A stretch of DNA of 63,030 nt, the filler included, from Licmophora abbreviata (Eukaryota): the NCBI GenBank assembly GCA_900291995.1. It is 11 parts of 11 records of this genome, joined end to end, with 100 filler letters (N's around TTAATTAATTAA, not from the genome) between each part and the next. Parts side by side here need not be neighbours in the genome. Positions count along the whole stretch, not along the records: positions 39,596 to 51,543 come from OLMU01004876.1; positions 51,644 to 59,225 come from OLMU01004877.1; positions 59,326 to 63,030 come from OLMU01004878.1; 8 more parts are not named here. One strand, written 5' to 3'. The notes below the pieces were generated by a model. That model searched no databases. It was not told the DNA's origin and was given only the letters and a program-made list of their open reading frames with translations. A program made the translations under genes and the position numbers. Shown piece after piece: positions 48,620 to 59,807 of this stretch (position 1 is its first letter; each line of letters starts with the position of its first letter).

Positions 48620-49582
48620 CTAGATCCCCCCACCGCTGTAGAGAGCATCCGCCCAGATCTGCGTTGCAACCGCGATCTGTTCTGCGAAGTTGATCATCAT
48701 GAGTCGATAGCATTCGTGCTCTTCGCTTCTTTTTGGTATCGCCTGCATTAGAAAGCTCACAATGTTGACAAGGAGCATAAAAAAGTTGGATTGACGATTC
48801 TCCTTCCCGTCAAAGACACACAGAGTCAACTGCGAGATCAACAACAAACTTTGCCACAAGATGACTCCGAGCAGACCTTTCAACAGAAGTGGAACATGCC
48901 AGGCTGAGTCCAGCGCGATAACTCCAGTGACGTGCCGAACTTTGAGAGGCCCACTATAAACTGCGAGGAATCCGAAGAGACCCGTCAGCATCAGATGGAC
49001 GACGGCGCTCGTCGACAGCCAGAACCACACACTGTCGGAAAGTTGGGAGGGTAAAAGTCTGGCCTCTGACGGCAGACGCATCCGCAGCCCAACACGAAGA
49101 ATGTAGAGAACCGAATATATTGCCAGTGGAGACATGACCAAATGTAGGAATTGACAAATCCAGAAGAGCGAGCTCGGAAGGGGTGCTCCGCGGTAGTCGT
49201 CTTGCTCCCAGAGCTCTGTGGCACCGCGTGCATTCGGTGAAGTCCATATGGTATTTGGCCAGCTGAAGGAAAAAGACGATGTGAAATGGCGTAAATTGTC
49301 CAGGCAAGTGCCGGCGGAGAGCAACAGGATGCCGACTCGCCCCAGGAACAAATGCACGTCGGTTATTCGTGGAAGCCTGGGCGACTTCTGGGAGCTCTGT
49401 AGCTGCCTCCATAGTCGCTGTATCAGAAGTGTGCTTTGTGCAATTCCAGATATCGCAAAGAATACAAAGGGTATCCCTTGCACACGAAACGACGGCCCCA
49501 GATTCGCGCCAGTTTCAACCCGTGTCGTGTCGTCGACACCGATGGTTCGGTCTAGCTCAAGCAGTGGATCAAACCGTGTCAT
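48620..49582 (-). CDS. uncharacterised multi-pass (about 7 TM) membrane protein
   Basis: 320-aa intronless ORF with repeated hydrophobic segments; CLDNLRH and FLH..SP motifs. Confidence 0.7.
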   Translation of the reverse strand: MTRFDPLLELDRTIGVDDTTRVETGANLGPSFRVQGIPFVFFAISGIAQSTLLIQRLWRQLQSSQKSPRLPRITDVHLFLGRVGILLLSAGTCLDNLRHFTSSFSFSWPNTIWTSPNARGATELWEQDDYRGAPLPSSLFWICQFLHLVMSPLAIYSVLYILRVGLRMRLPSEARLLPSQLSDSVWFWLSTSAVVHLMLTGLFGFLAVYSGPLKVRHVTGVIALDSAWHVPLLLKGLLGVILWQSLLLISQLTLCVFDGKENRQSNFFMLLVNIVSFLMQAIPKRSEEHECYRLMMINFAEQIAVATQIWADALYSGGGI

Positions 49583-50212
49583 TCAAAGGGAGAGGATTGA
49601 AAGGAAGACACCATGAGACTCCTGTTATACCGGTAGACTACGGCAACGACTACGCCCGATTCATCCGGGGTAGAGCCATCAAAAGAAGTCGGTGGATGAG
49701 TTCTCATCGCCCCTTGTTATGCATCCGCTATACTGGTTTCGAAGGACCGACAAGGGCGAAGCAACCCTGATTTCAGTCTTGTCCCAGCGCTCTTATGCTC
49801 AAATACTCCATACTTTTATAGTTGTAGTACAAACTCGGAACGATAGAGTTGGTGCAAGTGTGACACCCAGTCAAGTCACGGACACTTGAGTCACGCACGA
49901 CAGGAGCACTAATATTTGGAGGTTTGATGTGTTTCCGACTGAATTCAATCTGTTTTCGATTTTCGACAGAAAGTATATACGTGACTTTCATACTGATGTG
50001 TCGTAGAGAATCTTACGCACTTTGAAACATTTCGGACCACAAGACAAAGAGAGGATCGCGAGATGGATGTGATGATCGGCGACTTTGCGTCGATTGTTGT
50101 TTGAGCAAGCTCATAAAACGTGTCTGCATCCTATCAACGCTTTTCCAGCCGTCTGACTCCGTAGCGTTTGGACGTGGACATTTCTCGGCTTGGAGTTTCA
50201 ATAGAGGCCCGA

Positions 50213-52085
50213 ATGAGACGCTTGATACTCGTGACAGTTCTTTCACATAGTTTCCTAGCTATTGCGGTCGCCCAGTCAGGGTCCTCATCATTCAGTGCGC
50301 TTCATTCGCCTATCACTGTTGAAACAAGAAGAAAGAAACCGCTTTCTGAATTTTCTCGAACCGTACGATCGAAAAGTCACTCGGATAATAAGGTCACTGA
50401 TAGCACGTTGTCAGAATCGTATTCGGAAGCAATCACGGTCACCGAGCCACGAGGAGGCGACATGTCCACGGACGGCGAGAGCATGGGTGCTTTAACAAAA
50501 CTGAGAAGGACCGTCTTTCCCATTTTCGGAAAGGAAGAGGTGACAAAGTTTCTTTTGATTGGATCCATCAAATTCTTTATTATTCTTGCGTTGACGCTTA
50601 CACGAGATACAAAGGATACCTTGGTGGTGACACAGTGTGGTGCTGAGGCCATCGCGTTTCTCAAGGTGAGTGCAGAGGAGATAGATGACCACCCTGCCCA
50701 AGCCACGCTCTCTAAGATTTTCGCTGTGCATGCTGATCGATTCGTTCTACTGCTATCCAGATATACGGCGTGCTACCGGCAGCTACTGCGTTCATTGCCC
50801 TCTACTCCAAGATGGCCTCAGTTCTGGAGAAGCGTGCTCTGTTCTACACGACCTGTATCCCTTTCTTTGTATTCTTTGCTCTATATGACATCGTGATTTA
50901 TCCAAATGTGCAGTCTTTCCATCCAGAATTGTCGACGGTAGAGTCATGGCTCGGAGGCGCTTCGACCGGTGGACTGGCCGTGTTGGCCAAGATTGTGGCA
51001 AATTGGACGTCGGCGCTATTTTATGTGGTGGCCGAAATCTATTCGTCCGTGTCGGTGGGTCTACTGTTTTGGCAGTTTGCCAATGATGTCGTCCCCGTGT
51101 CGCAGGCAAAACGCTTCTACCCGCTGTTTGCGCAGATGAGCGGATTGGCACCAGTTCTTGCTGGACAGTTTGTCGTGCGATACGCAAGCAAAGCCCCCGA
51201 CTTTGGTTCTTCTCTGCATCGACTGACGTATGCGGTGACTTTATCGGGTGTCATGATATGCGTGTTTTATCAGCTGAGTCGATCGTTTGTTGAGCGGACT
51301 GAGGCGAAGCGTCAAGCGGAAGCGGGCGAGGCACCCGCACCAAAAAAGAAGAAGCCCAAAATGTCCATGGCGGAAAGTGCCAAGTTTCTTGCATCATCGC
51401 AATATCTCCGTCTGGTGGCGGCACTTGTTCTTGGATACGGACTAAGCATCAATTTTACTGAAATCATGTGGAAGTCGCTTGTAAAGAAACAGTATCCCGA
51501 CCCCCTTGACTACCAGCGATTCATGGGTAACTTTTCGTCAGCTNNNNNNNNNNNNNNNNNNNNNNNNNNNNNNNNNNNNNNNNNNNNTTAATTAATTAAN
51601 NNNNNNNNNNNNNNNNNNNNNNNNNNNNNNNNNNNNNNNNNNNAGCGCTGGCGACCCCAGGAATAATGATGGTCCTGGCCTTGCCTTTCTTTTCGTGCAT
51701 ACTCATGGGACTTGACAGTCCCGTGCGATTGCAAGCTGCCATCGTTCTCGGTACCGTCCAGAGTCTCCTGAGCAAGACTTCAAAGTACGCCTTGTTTGAT
51801 CCGACAACACAAATGGCGTACATCCCTCTAGATGAGGAATCCAAGGTCAAGGGGAAGGCTGCTATCGATGTATTGGGATCTCGCATCGGCAAGTCGGGTG
51901 GATCGCTCATCCAGCAAGGCTTGGTCTTTGTGTTTGGCAACATCATCAATGCGGCACCCGTGGTAGGCGTCATTTACTACTCGGTCTTGATTGGCTGGAT
52001 AGCGGCTGCCAACAAGCTAAGTGGACTTTTTCACGCACGGACGGAAATGGACAAGGCTAACAAGGTAGAGCGTAAGGAAAAGTAG
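50213..52085 (+). CDS. NTT1: plastid nucleotide transporter (TLC/NTT ATP-ADP translocase family), 1 intron, spans a spacer
   Basis: Signal peptide; intron 50666-50760. TRDTKDTLVVT..GAEAIAFLK, FWQFANDV..AKRFYPLF, KYALFDPTTQMAYIPLDEESKVKGKAAIDVLGSRIGKSGG. The NTT1 paralog number is from recall. Confidence 0.88.
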
Positions 52086-52253
52086 AATGGATCGAAGGGC
52101 CTATCGTCTCGATCAGCATCATTCAATGATCTGTACCCATACAGGTCTACCGCGCGCTACTCGCCGTGCGCGGGCCGGGCGCCGCCATCACATCTGAAAT
52201 CATTCGTCGCCTCAAAGATACGATTTGCCTCACCCATTTCGCATGCGACGACC

Positions 52254-54353
52254 ATGATGGGCACCCCAGCGCTCAATGAAAGGGGTCAATCCCTCGGTGA
52301 AATCTATGAATATGTCGTTGTAGAACGTGGGATTGCACCGGAGGAGCTGACGGTTGGCCATGTGATCGATTTGCTGCTCGACGAAGGAATCTTCTTTTGG
52401 CGTGATGACCGATTCCGTGAATCGCAGCGGGTTGCTCTGCAAATGGCGGGGAAAGTGCTCGACGACGCATCCAAAAGCGCTGTATCACCGAAAGATCAAG
52501 TTGAGGCTGCCAAAGTCAAGCTTGACTTCGAAGGCTTTCTCGACTTTGTCTCTCCCCTGGCGCGCATGTTTCTTCGAGCCTTGTCCGAAAATCTGGTTAT
52601 CCCTGACTTTCCAACGTTCGTCGCCGACTTGTCATACCACTTTTGCAAGGTACAAGACAAAAACGATGGCATGAATGCTCAGTACATTCCCATATTGAAA
52701 GATGCAGATCCTGAGCGATGGGGACTTTCCATCTGCAGTATTGACGGTCAACGCTACTCCATTGGAGACTCTGATGCTAAGTTTTCGATCCAGAGCGTTA
52801 GCAAGCCTGTGACGTATGGCTTGTGCCTGAAGGAGGACGGAGAAGAGCAAGTGGACCAGTGGATTGGAGTGGAGCCGGCGGGGCGTCCATTCAACACGCA
52901 AGACCTCGACCCTGACTCCCAGTGCCCCTTCAACGCGAGTGTCAATTCGGGTGCGATCATGGCTGCCGGGCTGTTCGCGTCTGCCTTTCCGGAGTCGACG
53001 TGGGAAGAGTGTGTCGACAAGATCCGTCAAACGTGGGAAGAGCTTAGCGGAAACGATCTTGACATCGGATTCTCTCGTGAAACCTTTGAATCGGAAAAGG
53101 CAACCGCGTACAACAACTTCGCCATTGCTTACAACTTGAAAGGGCGACGAGGTCTTCCCCACGATGTCGATCTGCACAAGATGCTTGATGTCTACCTTGG
53201 ATGTTGTTCGATTGAGATGACCTCAGAAGCATTGGCAGTCGCCGCAGCTACCTTGGCGAATGGTGGGATTTGTCCCATCACGTCCAAGGAGGTATTTCCG
53301 GCTCACGTGGTGAGACATGTATTGAGCGAGACAATGACCTGTGGCATGTACGATCAAGCCGGTCGCTTTGCTGTAGAGGTGGGCGTTCCCGCCAAGAGCG
53401 GTGTGAGTGGCATCATTATGATTATTGTACCGAATGTCTTTGGAATCGCCACCTTTTCTCCGCGTCTCAACAAACAAGGCAATTCGGTTCGCGGTCTCGA
53501 GTTTTGTAAAGGTCTCGTGGAGAGCTATCGTGTCCATATCTTTGAACCTCTCCGTAGCAGCAACTGCGGAGCGAAGATTGACCCGCGGCAGAATGGATGG
53601 AAGGATGAAAAGTTCAGTCTGTCACAGTTTGTCTGGGCCTACCAAGCTGGCGATGTCTGGGCGACTCGCCTCCGGAACATCTTTGTCTGCACGCTTGTCC
53701 AGTCTGCCGCGGCCTCGAATGAAGGATTGTCCGTTCGCAAGAAGGAAGCGATACAACGAAACTATGAGCTCGTCTATCAATGTCCTCTGGACGATGTGAC
53801 TTTACAAGAATTGATCCAGGAAGTTGGTGCGAACCCTCAAGACATGAGTAAGCTCGAAGTGTTGAAAGGACATGGCATCGTCCCGGATTTCTTTCGCACT
53901 GTGATGCTTTCGACCGTGGTTGATGTGATCATGGTGGATGGGACGGTAGGAGAAGATGAAGCGGCATTCTCGGTCCGTCTCATGAAGTTCTGTGGGATGG
54001 ACGAGCGGGTCGCACTGATGGAGGTTGACCGATTCAAGAACCATGTTGGCCATCGATTCCGTCATGTTGAGCCTTGCGAAGCCGATTGCGAGGCAAAGAT
54101 TAGCCTTGGTTCCAAAGCAGCGATTGATCCTAGCGTTCTCGAGACGCCATCCATGTCTGACAACAAGTCAAGTGATACCGACGAGATCGTCCTGCTGCGC
54201 CGCGAGGTATTTCGTTTGCAGAAACGGGTTTCGAATCTGACGCATATGCTTCACGAGTCTCGTCAGCAGCGTACCAAACGGCTCTCCATGCGAACCAGCG
54301 TGACCGACAGCTTGGCGTTGAGACTGCAAGAAGCGATTGGGGAGGAGACATGA
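52254..54353 (+). CDS. GLS: glutaminase with C-terminal TerB-like domain and coiled coil
   Basis: AQYIPIL, FSIQSVSK (catalytic SxxK), GVEPAGRPFN, PFNASVNSGAI, TCGMYDQAGRFA..VGVPAKSGVSG, FSPRLNKQGNSVRG. Confidence 0.92.
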   Translation: MMGTPALNERGQSLGEIYEYVVVERGIAPEELTVGHVIDLLLDEGIFFWRDDRFRESQRVALQMAGKVLDDASKSAVSPKDQVEAAKVKLDFEGFLDFVSPLARMFLRALSENLVIPDFPTFVADLSYHFCKVQDKNDGMNAQYIPILKDADPERWGLSICSIDGQRYSIGDSDAKFSIQSVSKPVTYGLCLKEDGEEQVDQWIGVEPAGRPFNTQDLDPDSQCPFNASVNSGAIMAAGLFASAFPESTWEECVDKIRQTWEELSGNDLDIGFSRETFESEKATAYNNFAIAYNLKGRRGLPHDVDLHKMLDVYLGCCSIEMTSEALAVAAATLANGGICPITSKEVFPAHVVRHVLSETMTCGMYDQAGRFAVEVGVPAKSGVSGIIMIIVPNVFGIATFSPRLNKQGNSVRGLEFCKGLVESYRVHIFEPLRSSNCGAKIDPRQNGWKDEKFSLSQFVWAYQAGDVWATRLRNIFVCTLVQSAAASNEGLSVRKKEAIQRNYELVYQCPLDDVTLQELIQEVGANPQDMSKLEVLKGHGIVPDFFRTVMLSTVVDVIMVDGTVGEDEAAFSVRLMKFCGMDERVALMEVDRFKNHVGHRFRHVEPCEADCEAKISLGSKAAIDPSVLETPSMSDNKSSDTDEIVLLRREVFRLQKRVSNLTHMLHESRQQRTKRLSMRTSVTDSLALRLQEAIGEET

Positions 54354-54759
54354 AGGTAGATTGGTGTTTTACTGCTTGTACCTGGTAGAGTCGAGTCTCT
54401 GGTTGAGCACGAAAGCTCATTCAAAGATTTGAAATGTATGTATATAGCACTGTTGAACACGTATATACAACGAACGGACAGATGGACCTATTCTACTCAT
54501 AAGTAATGAGTACCGCTACTCTATTGATCATCCCTTGTGTCGGTATACCTGTATGAGTGTGCTCTGAACGATGACGATCGCGTTCCGCCAGCACCTTCGG
54601 AGCTGTCTTGACCATCATGATTGAGATGACAACTCTCATCACCACTGCCATGCTCTATCGGGCATTCGATAGTCCGACGACCGCTCCTGTGTGACGACGT
54701 TGCTTCCCTTGTTAGAGAGCCTCATCCGTACTTTCTTACGCCAGTGTACATAGTTAAAG

Positions 54760-54767
54760 TATATAAA
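54760..54767 (+). promoter_or_regulatory. possible TATA box of the PP1 gene
   Basis: TATATAAA about 40 nt upstream of the ATG at 54801. Confidence 0.4.
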
Positions 54768-54800
54768 GCCAGAATGCAGACGAATCCTGGAGAGGCCTCG

Positions 54801-55946
54801 ATGTCGCAGGAGCCGGCGGCACATCACGCTCCTGATGCGACACCGCCGATTCCTGACGCGGCTATGGAGCCTATTGTCAGCATAACGCAACGATTACTGG
54901 GTCTGAGAGGGTCTCCACCTGGTACATTGGCGAGTCTGGCAGAAAATGAAATACGGCTCCTCTGTGAACGGGCACGGCCGGTCCTACTTCAGCAATCGAT
55001 GCTTCTCGAACTCGAAGCGCCGCTCAAGATCTGCGGGGATGTTCATGGACAATTCACTGACCTGCTGAGACTTCTAGAATACGGTGGATTCCCACCTGAA
55101 GCCAGCTATCTGTTTCTAGGCGACTACGTGGATCGAGGAAAGCAATCACTCGAAACTATTTGTCTCTTGTTGGCCTACAAGATTCAATACCCTGAGAACT
55201 TCTTTATTTTGCGCGGCAATCACGAATCTGCCGGAATCAATCGAATCTATGGCTTCTACGACGAATGTAAGCGTCGCTATTCGATCAAACTGTGGAAAGT
55301 GTTTTCCGATGTATTCAACTGCTTGCCCGTATCGGCGCTGGTGGAAGAGAAAATTCTATGTATGCATGGGGGTTTAAGTCCGGAGCTGAGGTCGCTACAG
55401 CAAATTGCAGATCTAGCGAGGCCATGCGATGTACCCGATTCTGGTCTCATGTGCGATCTCTTATGGAGTGATCCCGATGGTACGATAAATGTAAGTTGAT
55501 GCAATGAGTTACTTGGAGGTTGATGTGGGCCACGCCCGGTTGGTGCCACGTGCCCGGCCGAGGCCAAAGCTATCGTGCACTCACGATCTCGCGCTTTTGT
55601 GCTTCCCCTTGCGTAGGGATGGGCCGAAAATGATAGAGGAGTGTCCTTTGTGTTTGGTTCAGATATAGTGGCAACGTTTCTGCAGGACCACGACCTGGAT
55701 TTGTTGGTACGCGCCCACCAAGTGGTAGAGGACGGATACGAATTCTTTGCTGGGCGGAGATTGGTTACATTGTTCTCCGCCCCCAACTACTGCGGCGAGT
55801 TCGACAACGCTGGCGGAATGATATCAGTAGATGAGAACCTAATGTGTTCCTTCCAAATACTGAAGCCGAGCTCTAGATCGGCACGGTTTGCCCGGAACGA
55901 GAATACTGCTGCGGATGGCAGCGGGGACTCAGGCGGTAGTAGCTAG
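54801..55946 (+). CDS. PP1: serine/threonine protein phosphatase PP1 catalytic subunit, 2 exons (alternative start 54774)
   Basis: GDVHG, GDYVDRG, RGNHE, LLWSDP; intron 55491-55616; [26 protein letters not shown]. Confidence 0.95.
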
Positions 55947-56581
55947 CACGAGAAAGTGTTCGGTTGCGGAGATGCTAGCTTGCGTCGATACCTTCAAAAG
56001 GGAGGTACGGATTTGTTACAAAGGCGTCGGTTGTAATGTACGAAGTATGTGTTTACTGTGCGAAGTTGTTTGAACGGCCCGAGGAGGATGGTAAATTAGC
56101 AGCTCTGGCTCGTGGATTGTATTAATCACACCGAGACGAGCCGCCCTCGGAGAGAAAGTTTAGCCTTACTGTTGCGATGGTGACGCTGTGACCCACAGCA
56201 CTGCACTAGAGCAGTACGGCTAATTCGTCGCATGGTCTTTGAGAGTAAACTGTCGAAGTTCCCGGAACAGATCGAAAGAAAAAATAACTTCACGGGCAGC
56301 TTCGCAGCCAAAGAAAAGTATCCGGGTTACCACAAAATCTCATCGTCCGTATATCTCAACCGTCAAGATAGCGAGAACAAAAACAAACTCTCCCGCTAGA
56401 ATTTGGAAGTCACATTCATTTGGCGCGCGAAAACGTCAAACCTAAATTGTAGCTTCGGACTTCGGGCAGATCGCGACTGCGAGATGAGAGATGATGGATG
56501 ATGTGCTCACATCACAGACAAAAGTCATCTCCCTTCAGCGACGTGCTCTTTTGACAGCTTCTAGCTGATATCATCAACGTC

Positions 56582-57703
56582 ATGCCGACGACTAGTGCCC
56601 TCTCCTTACCAAGTGATTCTGACAAAGAAACCTTGCTAGCTCGAGCGATCTTTCTGGTTTTGATCACCTTGGTACTTTATCAGAACAAGCGAATCTTTCG
56701 AATCCTCACAACCGCGTTGGCCCGAGTCAGGATCCGACTCTTGGCTCTAGGTAAAAGCAACACGACAAGCAATGCAACGGTCAGTGCCCTTTATATTCAT
56801 CCCGTGAAGTCGCTCCGGGCTGTTAGCGTGCAGACGGCGTGCACGGACGATCGTGGTTTCCAAGGCGATCGACGATTCATGCTCGTCACACCCACTCCGC
56901 CCCCACTGTTTGGAACACCCGATGCGACGCACAAGTTCTTGACCCAACGACAGGCTCCAGCTCTTGCTACCGTCGTAGCACAGCAAACCGACGGAAATAC
57001 ATTGACGCTGTCCCGAAATAAGGAGTCAATAGCGATCGACTTGACTCACGCCGTCAACTCTACCAACGAAAGTAGCAAATGCACCGCTCGCGTGTGGAGC
57101 GACATTGTCCATGTGATGGATGTAGGAGACGAAGCGGCCAAGTTTCTCCAGTCGATCGTGCCTGATCAAAAGGGGGTCCGGCTGGTGGCCATGGCCGGAG
57201 ATCGGGCCATTGACGAAAACTTTGCTCCGCCCTCGACGCGCTCGTGGCTCGGACGCACCGCTCAGACTTCACTTAACGATGGCTTCCCGATACTTGTCGC
57301 CTTTGAAGCATCTCTGCAAGAGCTCAACCGTCGACTCAAAGCCAAGGGTGAAAAATCGATCCCCATGAGTCGATTTCGTCCCAACATTGTGATTCAAGGC
57401 ACAGAGCCTTTCGAAGAAGATAATTGGAAAGTGATTCAGATTGGCGATACAATCATGAACTTTGTCAAGGGCTGCCCGCGCTGTAAGCAGAGCTGCACGG
57501 ACCAATTGACTGGCAAGGTTTATGACGAGCCTGTTGCGACACTGAGTGAGTTTCGTGCCCTCGGAAAAAGTAAAGAGGATGTCTTTTTCGCCCAAAATGC
57601 TGTGCCGCACGAGGTGGGAATGACCGTCAATGTCGGCGCAACGGTTCGAGTACTCAAGCTTGGCAAGCCTGTTTGGGACGAAAGCACCAAAGGAAACATG
57701 TAG
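56582..57703 (+). CDS. MOSC-domain protein (mARC-like)
   Basis: N-terminal TM, LYIHPVKS, DRRFML, FLTQR, DGFPILV, RFRPNIVI, EEDNW, CPRC. Confidence 0.9.
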   Translation: MPTTSALSLPSDSDKETLLARAIFLVLITLVLYQNKRIFRILTTALARVRIRLLALGKSNTTSNATVSALYIHPVKSLRAVSVQTACTDDRGFQGDRRFMLVTPTPPPLFGTPDATHKFLTQRQAPALATVVAQQTDGNTLTLSRNKESIAIDLTHAVNSTNESSKCTARVWSDIVHVMDVGDEAAKFLQSIVPDQKGVRLVAMAGDRAIDENFAPPSTRSWLGRTAQTSLNDGFPILVAFEASLQELNRRLKAKGEKSIPMSRFRPNIVIQGTEPFEEDNWKVIQIGDTIMNFVKGCPRCKQSCTDQLTGKVYDEPVATLSEFRALGKSKEDVFFAQNAVPHEVGMTVNVGATVRVLKLGKPVWDESTKGNM

Positions 57704-57940
57704 CGCGGAAAGCAGGAGTTCTTTTGGTTGATAAAGGTGATTGGTGCTGTCGTGTTGGCGAGAGCTAACAAGCTAGTGATCATGCTCAAATTTCACGTGA
57801 AGACTACCACTATATGACTAGTCAATTACAGCTGTACGATTGTCCATAAACACAGCATCCTGGGCGATTGATTTATCAACACCCATGGATACGTCGGCGA
57901 AGATGGCAGAGAACCCCGCTGAAACGAATGACGGCGTCAT

Positions 57941-58357
57941 CTATTTCTTGGCCTTCTTGGCAGTCTTCTTCTTCTTGGGTGCGGTTTTCTTTTTGGAGGT
58001 AGCCTTCTTCTTGGGCGCAGTCTTCTTCTTCTTAGGTGCTGTCTTCTTCTTTGTGGTTGTTTTCTTCTTGGGTGCAGTCTTCTTCTTCTTGGGTGCGGCT
58101 TTCTTCTTGGGAGCCGGCTTGGCCTTCTTGATGAGCGACTTCTTAAAGTCAGCCGAGAGCTTGTAGGAGTTCTTGGTCTGGACAAAGTCCCCGGAAGCGA
58201 CTCCTGCCTTGAGCGCCTTGAGGAAGACGGCGTTCTGCCACGTCTTTTTGTCCTTGGCAAGCTTGGCCTGGCAAAACTTCTTGATCGAAATCATGGACGA
58301 GCCCGTGCGGTCCTTGAGAGCCGTGATGGCTTCGATGATTGCTTCCTTGTAGACCAT
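57941..58357 (-). CDS. histone H1
   Basis: YKEAIIEAITALKDRTGSS..IKKF..LKALK.GV..G.FVQTKNSYKL globular domain, followed by KKKTAP-repeat tail. Confidence 0.95.
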   Translation of the reverse strand: MVYKEAIIEAITALKDRTGSSMISIKKFCQAKLAKDKKTWQNAVFLKALKAGVASGDFVQTKNSYKLSADFKKSLIKKAKPAPKKKAAPKKKKTAPKKKTTTKKKTAPKKKKTAPKKKATSKKKTAPKKKKTAKKAKK

Positions 58358-58706
58358 TGTGAAGCTGAGACAAGTTGTTGATCTGGAAGAGAGACAGAGG
58401 TCAAAAACAACAGATCACACACGAGTTTGTGAGATTTGAATCACAGCATTGTTTGAGCGAGGACTGAGGACACCTATGGTCGCCTTCCGGCGCGACAAAT
58501 AGCGTAGAACTCGCGAAATCTTCACCAATCAAATCAGGATTTATCTCCCCTCTATCCAGGCGACTCAATCAGTGCATATCACCGGTACGTAAGTCCTCTT
58601 CAGACCACCATTGCGACCACCGCGCAGTTCGTGTTTTACCTTGACAGATGGGATGTGTGTGTTCGTCTCCCTCAACTTTCGATTTTGTGATTTTGTGTCA
58701 CTTGGC

Positions 58707-58798
58707 AAAAATTCTGGCGCGCATATCCGTGCTGTCCGTGCGCTCGTCGTCCGTCTGATGTTTCTCCGCGTTGCTCCTTTAAAAATTTCTGGCGCGCA
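58707..58798. repeat. two near-identical motifs upstream of histone H1
   Basis: AAAAATTCTGGCGCGCA (58707-58723) and AAAAATTTCTGGCGCGCA (58781-58798). Confidence 0.7.
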
Positions 58799-59807
58799 AC
58801 GGCTCCCATCGCTTTTCGATCGATGCTCTCAGTGTGCTGCCGTCGTCATGAAATGAGAGGCAAGAGCTCGAACTGATCAAAAGCACGGAGATATCAGTGC
58901 AGTTCTAAACTAAGTGCTACCGGTGGCAAGGAGAGTGCATGTTACGAACGTTCCAGGAGGAGTATACGAGACGCGGTGCGAAAGTGCTTTCTACTGGTCA
59001 AGCGGCTCTGAAAGAGAAAAGATAACCGATCTCTTACTCAGTATTCTACATATCTGCGATCCTTCACTTACACGACCAGAATTTCTGTTTCTTTGAGGAG
59101 GTTGTGCGTCTTACAAGACGCGGTTTGTGAGATCTCTCTCAAGATCTCAAAAGATCAAAAACGTTGTGATCCACTGGTGCTTACGAGCGCTCTCCACGGA
59201 TACGGCGGGCGAGCTGAATATCTTTNNNNNNNNNNNNNNNNNNNNNNNNNNNNNNNNNNNNNNNNNNNNTTAATTAATTAANNNNNNNNNNNNNNNNNNN
59301 NNNNNNNNNNNNNNNNNNNNNNNNNGCGTGAATCAAACCAAACAACAACAGGGTAATTTTTTACCCGCACAGAAACCAAAGAAAGCTGAATTGCTGCTAT
59401 CCGACGTACGTAGTTGGAAGGGAGAGGAAACAGATCTCGTCGGTACTTTAGACTTGAACTTTCAATAGCTTACTCGTAGTCAATGACTATCTGGGATAGC
59501 GTCATTCTTCCTGTGATCAATTCTCCTGAGCTCTTTGGCTTGTCATAGTCCACACTCACGGATTGCCACGAATGGAATGAATCGATAATCAATCGCCTTC
59601 CACTGGCTTCCTCCATCCTCCACATTGTCAAGCAACAACAAGCGCAAGCGATCTTTGAATGGCTGTCCGTCCGTCCTGCGTCGGGTGTCTATGACGACGC
59701 GATATAGCTTTCGTCGTCGCTGACAGGCGCGTTGATGACACCAACCACACAGTCATTGCGCCGCAGCAGAGCGCTATGTTGGAGGCTCGTCGTTCGCGAT
59801 CATCATC

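Noticed and set aside
57840..58166. Highly hydrophobic Phe/Leu-rich repeat ORF on the + strand
   Set aside because: Antisense read of the histone H1 Lys-rich KKKTAP tail.
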